In this document: positions 35,521 through 44,873 of the stretch, in pieces
Position numbering within the stretch: the stretch's first letter is position 1
How the letters are laid out: every line of letters starts with the position of its first letter
Translations under genes and position numbers: made by a program
Notes under the pieces: model-generated
Databases searched by the model: none
What the model was told of the DNA's origin: nothing
What the model saw: the letters and a program-made list of their open reading frames with translations, nothing else
DNA from: Caldilineaceae bacterium
GTDB lineage: Bacteria; Chloroflexota; Anaerolineae; Caldilineales; Caldilineaceae
Assembly: GCA_963664085.2 (NCBI GenBank)
Contig: CAXXLO010000002.1
Span: 3,680,290 to 3,744,289, forward strand
Reading direction: 5' to 3'
Length of the DNA: 64,000 bases

Positions 35521-37030
35521 TTAGAATGAAACGCTACGAAGAAGAAATACCAGGACGGAGAATCAACAATATCTGGCATCGCCAGATGTATCCCAGCGAT
35601 AAGACTTACGTTGTGCAAACCGCCAAGAGCGTCATTTCTCGCTGCCTTCTTATGAGCACCGACCCAGGCGACTTGGTATTCGACCCGACCTGCGGCAGCG
35701 GCACGACCGCATACGTCGCCGAGCAGTGGGGCCGCCGCTGGATCACCTGCGATACCTCCCGCGTCGCGCTCACGCTTGCCAAGCAGCGCCTCATGACGGC
35801 GACCTTTGACTACTACGAACTCGCCCATTCCGATGAAGGCGTGGGCAGCGGATTTCGATATAAGACGATTCCCGTCGTATCCGCACGCGTATTGGCATAC
35901 GATGAACCGCAAGCGCAAGAGACTCTTTACGACCAACCGCTGGTTGACCGGTCCAAGACCCGCGTCACCGGTCCATTCACCGTAGAGGCCGTGCCCGCGC
36001 CATCGGTTCGCTCGGTCGATGAGATATTGGAGGACAGGCCGCAACCGGCCGACGCCTCCATTGCCCGAGCCGGAGAGACGCGGCGGCAGGGTGACTGGCG
36101 CGACGAACTGCTGAAAACCGGCATTCGCGCCAAGGCCGGTCAGCGCATCCGCTTTGCCCGCCTGGAACCGCTCCCCGGTGCCCGCTATCTCCACGCCGAA
36201 GGCGAAACCCTGCCCAACGCCGACGGTGCGGACGGATTCCGCGACAATGGCGCGGCCGCGGATGCCCAGCGCATCGTCGTCTCCTTTGGCCCGGAGCACG
36301 CGCCGCTCGAACAGCGCCAGGTTGAGCAGGCGATCGCGGAGTCCCAGACACTGGTTCCCAGGCCTAAAGTCGTCGTTTTCGCCGCCTTTCAGTTCGACCC
36401 CGAGGCGGCCAAGGATATCGACGAAACCAGGTGGCCCGGCGTCGCGCTGCTGAAAGCACAGATGAACGCCGACCTGCTGACCGACGACCTGAAAAAGAAA
36501 CGCGCCAGCAACGAGAGCTTCTGGCTGATCGGCCAGCCCGATGTAATCCTGGAGAAGATCGCAAAGGGCAAGGACAAGGGCAACTATCGCGTCTCCGTCC
36601 ACGGCTTCGACTACTACAACACCAAGACCGGCAACGTCGAATCCGGCGGCCAGGACAAGATCGCCGTCTGGATGCTGGACCCCGACTACGACGGCCGCAG
36701 CCTCTTTCCCTGCCAAGTCTTCTTTCCCATGGCCGGCGCCAAGGATGGCTGGGCGCGCCTCGCCAAAAACCTGAAAGCGGAGATAGATGAAGATCGGATC
36801 GAAGCCTACCGCGGCACCGTCTCGCTGCCCTTCGCGCCGGGCGAACACCGCCGCATCGCCGTCAAGATCGTGGACGACCGCGGCATCGAAAGCCTGAAGG
36901 TGGTGGAGGTGGAGTGAAGGATGCAGTGGCGCGAATCCACACAAAGAACACATCTGCGCTCGCGACTTGTGCAGAGTAGTGGCAGATTGACCGCTGTTCT
37001 TTGAACAATAAGTTGTAGAGGCACATCACA

Positions 37031-37876
37031 GTGACCAGACCACTGAAGTCTAAAGCCATAGAGCGCCTTCGGAAAGCACTGAATGAAATCCCTGAGTTGG
37101 GAAAACTTTCGACCGACTCGCCGGAATTCAAGAAGTGGCAAAGAAACACCGCAGTCGCCATTGGAAGAACGTTTGGGACAGAAGGAACCCAAGTTAGCGA
37201 GTTCGATAATATCTCCTTCTTCGCAAGAAGTGTCCCCCCTCCAATTTTGAAGTCTGAGCTTACAGGTTGGCGCGTTAAACGAGAAAACGAACGCCAGCAG
37301 AGTTATGTGAAGGGCTTGGATTCATCTGCCTCGTTACTTGAGTCTATGATCGAGGAGATCGAGGAGTACTGGGAAGATGATAACAAGGAGCAAGGCTCAT
37401 TCAGCCTTCCAAAAGACGAACGGATTGACGCAACGAAAGTTTTCGTTGTTCATGGAAGGGATGATAGTACCAGACAGGCAGTGGCGAGATTTATCGAAAA
37501 GTTGGATCTCGAACCAGTGATACTGGATGAGCAGGCGGATAAAGGCCGCACGATCATCGAGAAGTTCGAGCAAGAGGCGGACGAAGTCAGGTTCGCTGTG
37601 ATCCTGTTGACACCGGATGATGAGGGTAGGCTTCGATCCGAAGAAGCCGAGCTCAAACCGCGCGCAAGACAGAACGTGATCTTCGAACTCGGGTACTTCC
37701 GGAGAGCCCTAGGCCCAAATCGAGTCTGCGCCTTGAAAAAAGGAGAAGTAGAAACGCCATCCGACTATGATGGAGTCATTTACATTCCACTCGACGATGC
37801 CGGGGGATGGAAGATGGGACTCATCAGAGAGCTAAAGGCAGCCGGGTTCGATGTAGATGCGAATCGTGTCTTGTAA
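37031..37876 (+). CDS. TIR-like (PF10137 / Cap12-PycTIR type) domain protein with a ~135-aa N-terminal helical domain
   Basis: 281 aa. The C-domain KVFVVHGRDD...GRTIIEKFEQEADEVRFAVILLTPDD...PRARQNVIFELGYF...ETPSDYDGVIYIPLDDAGGWK tracks the family consensus as I remember it almost residue for residue. Confidence 0.8.
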   Translation: MTRPLKSKAIERLRKALNEIPELGKLSTDSPEFKKWQRNTAVAIGRTFGTEGTQVSEFDNISFFARSVPPPILKSELTGWRVKRENERQQSYVKGLDSSASLLESMIEEIEEYWEDDNKEQGSFSLPKDERIDATKVFVVHGRDDSTRQAVARFIEKLDLEPVILDEQADKGRTIIEKFEQEADEVRFAVILLTPDDEGRLRSEEAELKPRARQNVIFELGYFRRALGPNRVCALKKGEVETPSDYDGVIYIPLDDAGGWKMGLIRELKAAGFDVDANRVL

Positions 37877-37897
37877 TCGTGTTTGAGGAAAAGCGCC

Positions 37898-39301
37898 ATG
37901 CAATCAGCCAACGAGCCTGAGGCGGCAACCGTGAAATTCCGGTTCAAGAATCTCGGCCCCGTAAAGGAGGCCGAGTTGGAACTGGGCGATCTCACCATCA
38001 TCGCCGGTCGCAACAACACGGGCAAGACATACCTGGCGTATACGCTCTACGGGTTCTTGAAAATGTGGGCGAGAATCCGACTTGAGAAAGTTAAAGTCCC
38101 GCGAACACAGCTAGAAGATTTCATTGGCAAGGTCTTGGAGAACAGGCGAGGTGAAAAGTGCGAAATCGATCGGGATTCTCTTATCCAGGAGCGCAAGTCA
38201 GTGATTCGAGAGGTGTCATCAAGTTATTCGAAGGATGCTCTGTCCGGAGTATTCAATTCGCCAGACAGTGCATTTGAAGGGGCCTCGTTCGAAGTCGAGC
38301 TTAGTAATGAACTTCCCGAAGGGTTGGTCTTCCAAGAAGAAGGACCGGTCTATTCGATATACTATGACGGGACTGAAGTTCAAATGACCTATGATAGGGC
38401 AGAAGAGTACCGCCTTTCGGAACTATGGGTTTCGGATGTCTATCTTCAGTTTTTGTTTCCGGAACTCTCCTTTGACCCTTTCGTGCTATCTGCGGAGCGA
38501 TTTGGCATTTCACTCTTCTACAAAGAGCTTGATCTAAACAAGAACCGTATGGTTGAGTTGCTATGGCAGAAGGCAGATGCCACAAACAAAGAGTATTGGG
38601 AGTCCGTTTCTCCATACTTGATGTTAGATATATTTGCCGGACGCTACGCACTTCCCATAAAGGACAACATAAACTATACGAGAAGTATCTCCTATCTCGA
38701 AAAGGAAAAAAGCGAGATATTGGAAGACAAGATTTTCGACGGTATAAAGGACATGATGGAGGGTTACTACCGTAGCGCCGGCGACGACATTCGGTTTAGA
38801 TCGAAAGCGCGCAAAGAAGGCACATTCAACATTCCTCTGCATCGTGCATCCTCGTCCGCACGCGGACTCTCTGATCTCTACTTCTTCCTGCGCCATGTAG
38901 TCAAGAAGAATCATCTTCTCATCATTGACGAGCCGGAAAGCCATCTCGACACCGCCAACCAGATTGAGTTTGCCCGCCTGCTGGCGCGTCTGGTGCGGGC
39001 TGGCGTCAAGGTGCTGATCACCACGCACAGTGACTACATTATCAAGGAGATCAACAACCTCATCATGTTGAGCCAGTCCTTTGAAGACAAGAACAAGATC
39101 GTCAAAAAGCTGAAGTACAAAAAGAATGATTTCTTGCCGGCGGAATCCGTCCGGGCGTATGTAGCGGAAGACAGTTCCCTGACCCCCTGTAAAATCGACG
39201 AGTTTGGCATTGACATGCCGTTTTTCGACAAGACGATCAACGATATCAATCGGGCATCGAACGAACTGGCAACTCGAGTGGCGCGCGAGGGAGTAGAGTG
39301 A
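37898..39301 (+). CDS. ABC-type (AAA_15/AAA_21-like) ATPase
   Basis: The ORF track starts at TTG 37883; ATG 37898 follows GAGGA. It has Walker A GRNNTGKT, Walker B LLIIDEPESHLD, H-loop LITTHSDY and a ~280-aa insert between Walker A and the signature region. Confidence 0.75.
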   Translation: MQSANEPEAATVKFRFKNLGPVKEAELELGDLTIIAGRNNTGKTYLAYTLYGFLKMWARIRLEKVKVPRTQLEDFIGKVLENRRGEKCEIDRDSLIQERKSVIREVSSSYSKDALSGVFNSPDSAFEGASFEVELSNELPEGLVFQEEGPVYSIYYDGTEVQMTYDRAEEYRLSELWVSDVYLQFLFPELSFDPFVLSAERFGISLFYKELDLNKNRMVELLWQKADATNKEYWESVSPYLMLDIFAGRYALPIKDNINYTRSISYLEKEKSEILEDKIFDGIKDMMEGYYRSAGDDIRFRSKARKEGTFNIPLHRASSSARGLSDLYFFLRHVVKKNHLLIIDEPESHLDTANQIEFARLLARLVRAGVKVLITTHSDYIIKEINNLIMLSQSFEDKNKIVKKLKYKKNDFLPAESVRAYVAEDSSLTPCKIDEFGIDMPFFDKTINDINRASNELATRVAREGVE

Positions 39302-39302
39302 A

Positions 39303-39848
39303 GTGACGCTGAACTCCCAAATGGAAGGCGCTTTGGATAAAAGGGTTATCCGGGCATCAGCGGACAGTGGCAGTAGCGTCACCCTGCGCGAAAAGTCTGC
39401 CAATATGCGGGTTAAGGTAGCAGGGCTTTCCGATCCTTTCACAGCGATACGCATGGGGAGTGGCAAGGGAAAGCTGAGTCACGCACCAAGTCTGAAAGAT
39501 GGCCCCAGGAAAAAGATCTGCGACTACCTGCTGATCGCGCAAATTGACGGCGCAGATCATGCAGTTTTCGTTGAATTGAAGAAGTCTCTGGGATCAAGAG
39601 GAGATCCTGAAGAACAGTTGCTGCGCTCCCGCCCGCTTCTCGAATACCTCCTTGCCGTCTGCGACATTGAACAGGGCGGCAAAAACGCAAGGCCAAGGAT
39701 AAGCTATGTCCTTGTCTATGAGAAGATCAATCTGAATAAATCAGGGTTGAGACCCGACCTGTCGGGAAAGATCGACGAGATTCCGTACAAATCGATCAAC
39801 ATCAAGAGGTTTCAAGGGACTGAATTGGAACTGGCTGACCTGGTATGA
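39303..39848 (+). CDS. Small PD-(D/E)xK-like (restriction-endonuclease fold) protein
   Basis: 181 aa. GTG lies 1 nt after the ATPase stop. It has a D-x17-E-x-K arrangement: ICDYLLIAQIDGADHAVFVELKKS. The fold call is motif-based only. Confidence 0.45.
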   Translation: MTLNSQMEGALDKRVIRASADSGSSVTLREKSANMRVKVAGLSDPFTAIRMGSGKGKLSHAPSLKDGPRKKICDYLLIAQIDGADHAVFVELKKSLGSRGDPEEQLLRSRPLLEYLLAVCDIEQGGKNARPRISYVLVYEKINLNKSGLRPDLSGKIDEIPYKSINIKRFQGTELELADLV

Positions 39849-39873
39849 ACTGTTCGCCGCTGGAATCAGAGGA

Positions 39874-42672
39874 ATGTCTCAAGCAACCATAGACCGCCTC
39901 ATCATCAACTCGCCCTACGACGAACCGACGCAGCATTGGCGCTACACCCGTGAGAGCAGATCCTTCTCGCTGGCGGAAGGCCGGCGGTCCGCCGGCTACG
40001 TGATGGCCTCCGGCGATTCCCAGGCGTTCGATGATCCAGGTGAGTTCGTAGAGATTCCTCTGGTCAACCAGATTAGGCCGCGCGTCAAAGCCTGGCGCGA
40101 GGCCGGCTATCCGGGCGTGACCGGCATCACGCGGCGCCTGCTGGAGCATTGGACAGATGAGGAGGAGTTTGAATCGCGTCGTTTCTTCTTTTGCCAGTTG
40201 GAAGCCGCAGAGACGCTCATCTGGCTTCGCGAAGCGCCGGACGCTGACAAAGTAGGGATCATTGTACCTGATGATGGCGGGTCGTTCGAACGGCTCTGCG
40301 CCAAGATGGCGACCGGTTCCGGCAAGACCGTTGTCATGGCCATGCTCATCGCTTGGCACATCCTTAACAAGACTACCTATCCCCAGGACACCCGGTTCTC
40401 CAAAAACGTACTTGTCATCGCCCCCGGCCTTACGGTCAGGAACCGCCTGGCCGTCCTTGAGCCGTCCCATGCAGAAAACTACTACGAGGCATTTCGCATT
40501 GTTCCCTCGCACATGCTTGACAAGCTCCGCCAGGGTCGCGTTATTGTCCGCAACTGGCATGCGCTCAACTGGGAGACGGAAGAGAAGATCGCGTCCAAGC
40601 GCAGCGTAGACAAGCGCGGCGCCAAGAGCGACGAGGCCTATGTCCGTGAAGTCCTGGGCGAAATGGCGAATGCCCGCAGCGTCCTGGTCATCAACGACGA
40701 GGCCCACCACGCGTGGCGCGTGCCCCCTGATTCCAAAGTCAGAGGTGTCGCCAAGTCGGAACGGGAGCAGGCCACCAAGTGGATAGGCGGCCTGGACCGG
40801 ATAAACAGGGCGCGCGGCCTGTTGACCTGCTACGACTTCTCCGCAACCCCCTTTGCGCCGACCGGCAGGAGAAGCACCGAGGATACGCTGTACGAATGGA
40901 TCGTGAGCGATTTCGGACTGAACGATGCAATCGAGGCCGGCCTGGTCAAGACCCCCCGCGTAGTCGTGCGCGATGACGCTGTGCCCGAAGCCAGGGAATA
41001 CAAGTCCCGTCTCTACCACATCTACAACGATCCCGAAGTCAAGGACGATCTGAATCGGAAAGCATAGCCCCACGAGCCGCTGCCCGATCTCGTCCTCAAT
41101 GGCTACTACCTCCTCGGTTACGATTGGCGGGAGGCCGCGAAAGACTGGAAGGAGGCCGGTTTCAGCACGCCTCCCGTGATGATCACCGTCGCCAACCGCA
41201 CCGAGACCGCGGCCCGGGTCAAGAACGCATTTGACCGCGGGCGGGTACTCATCGAGCAACTCTGCGACCCGGCGCGAACGTTGCACATTGATTCAAAGGT
41301 GTTGGACAAGGCGGAGACAACAGAGGAGCCGATTGCCGCAATCGAACCGACCGGCCAGCCTGATGGCAGAGAACGCAGGCTTACAAAGGATCAGCAAGCC
41401 GAATGGCTGCGCTTGCAGGTAGATACCGTAGGCCAAACGGGCAAACCCGGCGAGCAGATCCAGAACGTGATCTCGGTCGGCATGCTTTCCGAAGGCTGGG
41501 ACGCCAAGACCGTAACGCACATCATGGGGCTGCGCGCCTTCAGCAGCCAGCTTCTCTGCGAGCAGGTGGTCGGGCGCGGTCTCCGCCGCACCTCCTACGA
41601 CATAAACCCGGCAACCGGCATGTTCGAGCCGGAATACGTCAACATTTTCGGTGTGCCCTTTACCTTCCTGCCGCATGAATCTCACGAAGACACGATTCCG
41701 AAGCCGCCCAAACCAAAGACTGAAATCGAGCCGGTTGCCGCAAAAGCAGAATACGAGATAAGCTGGCCCAATGTGATCCGCATCGAACATCTTTACAGCC
41801 CGCGTCTGTCTCTGGACTGGGACAGTGTACAGCTCTTGGAACTGAACGCCAGCGAGACAGCGCAAGTAGCCCAACTTGCCCCGATCGTCGAGGGCAAACC
41901 GGACCTGTCCAGCGTCACCGCAATTGACTTGGAAAGGCTGGCGCGTGAATACCGGACGCAGCGGATAATCTTCGAGACGGCGCGTGATGTTTACGATCAG
42001 ATGCAGAGCGATTGGCGCGGCAGCAGGGAGGTTCTGCTGGTCCAAGTCGTGCGCCTGGTCGAGCGTTTCATCCGCTCCGACAAGGTCTACGTCTCCCCCG
42101 CCCTGTACCACCATGACAACTTGAGGCGGAATCTCATAATCACTCTGAACATGACGAAGGTAGTCCAGCACATTTGGGAGGCAATTCGTTTCGAGAACAC
42201 AAGGAAGTCGGAACCGGTTTTTGACCAAGATCGCCCCCTGCGATCGACTGGCGACATGGTGAAATGGTTTACGGGCAAGCCCTGTGAATTCACGGTCCGC
42301 AGCCACATAAACTATTGCGTGTACGACAGCGCCTGGGAGGCGTCCGATGCCTTTCACCTGGACCACAGCTCCGCAGTGGCGGCCTGGGTGAAGAACGATC
42401 ATCTTGGCTTTGAGATTCTCTATATCTATCGGGGCGTCGTGCGCAAATACCGGCCCGATTTCATAATCCGTCTCAAATCGGGCGAAGCGCTCGTATTGGA
42501 AACCAAGGGTCAGGAAACTGAACAAGACCGTACCAAACGCCGCTTTCTTGGGGAGTGGGTGAAAGCCGTAAACGATCATGGCGGATTTGGTCGCTGGCAT
42601 GCTGCCGTGTCAAAAACACCGGACGACATCCAAGACATTCTTGAGAAGTGCTCTGCCAAAGTCAAGATCTAG
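39874..42672 (+). pseudogene. Type III restriction enzyme Res subunit (helicase + PD-(D/E)xK nuclease) with one in-frame TAG
   Basis: ORFs 39874..41067 and 41176..42672 share one frame, and TAG 41065..41067 is the only stop. It has Walker A MATGSGKT, DEAH box VINDEAHHAW, motif VI EQVVGRGLRR and the nuclease motif RPDFIIRL...LVLETKG. Confidence 0.8.
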
Positions 42673-42677
42673 ATCTA

Positions 42678-42818
42678 GAGCCTGTTTGAAAAGGGTCAGG
42701 TCAGGGCTGGAACGGCACCAGAGGTGCGAATTGTGACGTGCAGATAGAGGATATCGCCGCCTCTCGGAAGTCGTTTTTGAGCCTTGTGGCCGACACTGAT
42801 AACTTTTCAAACAGCTTC
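42678..42818 (-). mobile_element. Second copy of the 141-bp MITE (inverted relative to 2578..2718)
   Basis: The sequence runs GAGCCTGTTTGAAAAGGGTCAGG...CTTTTCAAACAGCTTC. It is flanked by TA/TA within cTA|..|TAg and starts 5 nt after the res stop. Confidence 0.8.
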
Positions 42819-42927
42819 TAGGATGCGAAAACTCTTGGTTTCAAATTGAACGCACATGAGTTTCCGATTATCAGATAACTATTATATTGCTGTGGATAAG
42901 CGCTGTTCTGTCTCTTGAAAAATTTTT

Positions 42928-43005
42928 TCTCGTAAACGCTCGTGGATCTCTCGTAAACGCTCGTACGAGCGTTTACCTGTTCCCTACGAGTTCCCGTACG
43001 AGCGT
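42928..43005. promoter_or_regulatory. Operator-like cluster: perfect 24-bp palindrome plus extra half-sites
   Basis: GTAAACGCTCGTACGAGCGTTTAC lies at 42953..42976. TCTCGTAAACGCTCGT is repeated at 42928..42943 and 42949..42964 (21-bp period). A partial half-site ACGAGCGT lies at 42998..43005. The region is AT-rich and sits upstream of the 43206 gene. Confidence 0.5.
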
Positions 43006-43205
43006 CCGACCTGTGTTCAGGGAGGGCCCAGCCCAGCTTTTCCTGCAGTTACGCTGAAACCGTGTCTCTTCAGCCCGTTTTGAAACCCCGACTTTTCATT
43101 GAACGCAGCCGGCAGATCTTGCCTTCTCGACACATCTTGAAAATGTCAACGAGCCCTAGCGCAACCTCGCTCAGGTCCTTAGAGAGGCCCGCCAGGAGAC
43201 CACAT

Positions 43206-44753
43206 ATGGAACGATATCCAGGAAAACAACTCTTCATCGACGACTACTTCATCGAGTCCCTGACCGGCGCCCGCCGCGTCCTCAACCGGCCCCGCAAGCT
43301 CACCCCCGATGCGCCGCTGTCCATCCCTTTCGACCAGCCCTGGGATGCAAACTATGCCCAGCCGGGCCGGGTTATCTACGACGAGCGCAACCGTCGATTT
43401 CGAATGTACTACCGTGCCTGGACCGGGGACCAGACCTTTTTCTGCGCGCTCGAGTCCGACGACGGGCTGAGTTGGGAGCGGCCCGTCCTGGAGCTGGTCG
43501 AGTTCGAAGGTTCGACCCGCAACAACATCACGACCGGCAGCGCCGATCACCTCACAACCATCCTGGACCGCCACGAGCCGGACGAAACCCGCCGTTGGAA
43601 ACAGATCGACAACAAGCCGAGCGGCACGAACGCGTCCGGAGATCCCCGTTGGCTGGCCCGCTACTCGGCGGATGGCTTCGACTGGCATCTTTACCCGGAA
43701 GGGCCTCACAGCGACCAGAAGATGAGGTTCAACTTCGGCTCCCCCCATGAGACCTTCGGCGGCGTCATCAACCCGGACGCCCCCTACGTCTATTACTCCC
43801 AGCGCGGCTCGAACCGCCGCACCCGCGTCCTCGGCCGCCGCGACAGCCAGGACTTTCTCAACTGGTCCGGCCTGCGCACAGTGATTGAACAGGACCTCCG
43901 GGACCCGCCTGGAACCGAATTCTATTCCGCCGGCTTCGACCCCGTCGCCTGCACCAACGGCGGCCTGCACATTATCATGCTCCAGGCCTTTCAGACCGAC
44001 CTGGCCGAACCCTACGACATCGCCGACGCCGCCAGCTATTGGGGCGCCGAGAAGGGCGGGAACGCCATGCCCGCCCGCGTCGACGGTTTCGTGGAGAGTC
44101 AGCTGGCGGTCAGCCGCGATACCGTCGCCTGGACGCGCTGGCGCGAACCCTTCATCGCCCGCGGCGAAGCCGGAGCGTGGGACTACGGCATGGTCTACGC
44201 CGACGGCCCCATCCTCCACGACGACCAGCTCTGGTTCTTCTACATGGCGGGCAACCTGACCCATAACGGCTACAGCGCGCAGCCCTGGCAGGGCCCTTAC
44301 TCGACGCCCAATTGCCGCGGCAAGGGCGTCGCCGTCCTACGCCTCGACGGTTACGTCAGCGTAGAGGCGGAGTCCTACGCACCCGGCGTCCTCACCACGC
44401 ATCGCTTCCGGCAGGAGCAGGGCGGCCAGATACGAGTAAACGTTGACGCCGGCGCCGGCGAACTGCGCTATGAACTCCTCGAAGATACGGGCCACCCAAT
44501 TCCGGGATACACGGCCGCCGACTGTGATTCGATTCGCGAAGACACCCTCGACAGCGCGCTTTCCTGGAACGGCAAGGCAGGCTGGCCCGGCGTTGGCGAT
44601 GACCGAATCGCACGCTATCCTCAGCTGAACCATTCGGAGTTCTACGTCAAACTGCGCTTCTACGTGTCGCCGGGGACGAAACTGTATTCGCTCACCATCG
44701 ACCCGCCCGAAGTGACAGAGTGGCTTGTCAGACTCAGAACGCGCATCGACTAG
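43206..44753 (+). CDS. Beta-propeller glycoside-hydrolase-like protein, paralogue 4 (divergent)
   Basis: The ORF is open from 43062; I prefer ATG 43206 (MERYPGKQLFIDDYFIESL). It has ALESDDGLSWERPVL, GRRDSQDFLNWSG and LDGYVSVEAE. The start is uncertain. Confidence 0.75.
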   Translation: MERYPGKQLFIDDYFIESLTGARRVLNRPRKLTPDAPLSIPFDQPWDANYAQPGRVIYDERNRRFRMYYRAWTGDQTFFCALESDDGLSWERPVLELVEFEGSTRNNITTGSADHLTTILDRHEPDETRRWKQIDNKPSGTNASGDPRWLARYSADGFDWHLYPEGPHSDQKMRFNFGSPHETFGGVINPDAPYVYYSQRGSNRRTRVLGRRDSQDFLNWSGLRTVIEQDLRDPPGTEFYSAGFDPVACTNGGLHIIMLQAFQTDLAEPYDIADAASYWGAEKGGNAMPARVDGFVESQLAVSRDTVAWTRWREPFIARGEAGAWDYGMVYADGPILHDDQLWFFYMAGNLTHNGYSAQPWQGPYSTPNCRGKGVAVLRLDGYVSVEAESYAPGVLTTHRFRQEQGGQIRVNVDAGAGELRYELLEDTGHPIPGYTAADCDSIREDTLDSALSWNGKAGWPGVGDDRIARYPQLNHSEFYVKLRFYVSPGTKLYSLTIDPPEVTEWLVRLRTRID

Positions 44754-44873
44754 GGCCAGCCGATACGACCAGCTGTGGAAAGGCGGCTTCCCGGAACGGC
44801 CCAATGCAGCGCTCCCAAGTAGAAAAGCCTGACCATCCTGTAAACGGATGGCCGACCCAGTCAGGAGAACAGC

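Larger units (their letters stand above)
33477..36917 (+). pseudogene. Type III-like beta-class N6-adenine DNA methyltransferase (mod), interrupted by an IS element
   Basis: The N-part 33477..34659 carries motif IV (VYIDPPYGIKYG). The C-part 35524..36917 carries motif I (VFDPTCGSGTTA). Removing 34660..35520 plus one TTA restores a single frame (..LDAADSL-R-MKRYEEEIPGRR..). Confidence 0.85.

Noticed and set aside
41065-41067. The in-frame TAG in res read as pyrrolysine or a programmed read-through signal.
   Set aside because: No pyl genes or PYLIS-like context are visible, and the organism is not an expected Pyl user. The partner mod gene is also inactivated, so simple pseudogenisation is the economical reading.
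35502-42600. Long antisense ORFs over mod and res (35502..36953, 39802..41286 and 41293..42600).
   Set aside because: The sense strand carries MTase motif I and the helicase and nuclease motifs. The antisense translations lack motifs and are compositionally biased.
2578-42818. The inverted MITE pair as the ends of a 40-kb composite transposon, or as the breakpoints of a 40-kb inversion that once joined the Ssp genes to the R-M island.
   Set aside because: Each copy keeps its own matching flanking duplication (TTA/TTA at copy A; TA/TA within CTAG at copy B). Recombination between the copies would have swapped these. The intervening cargo is mostly ordinary catabolic genes. I cannot exclude it completely if the true duplication is only the palindromic TA.
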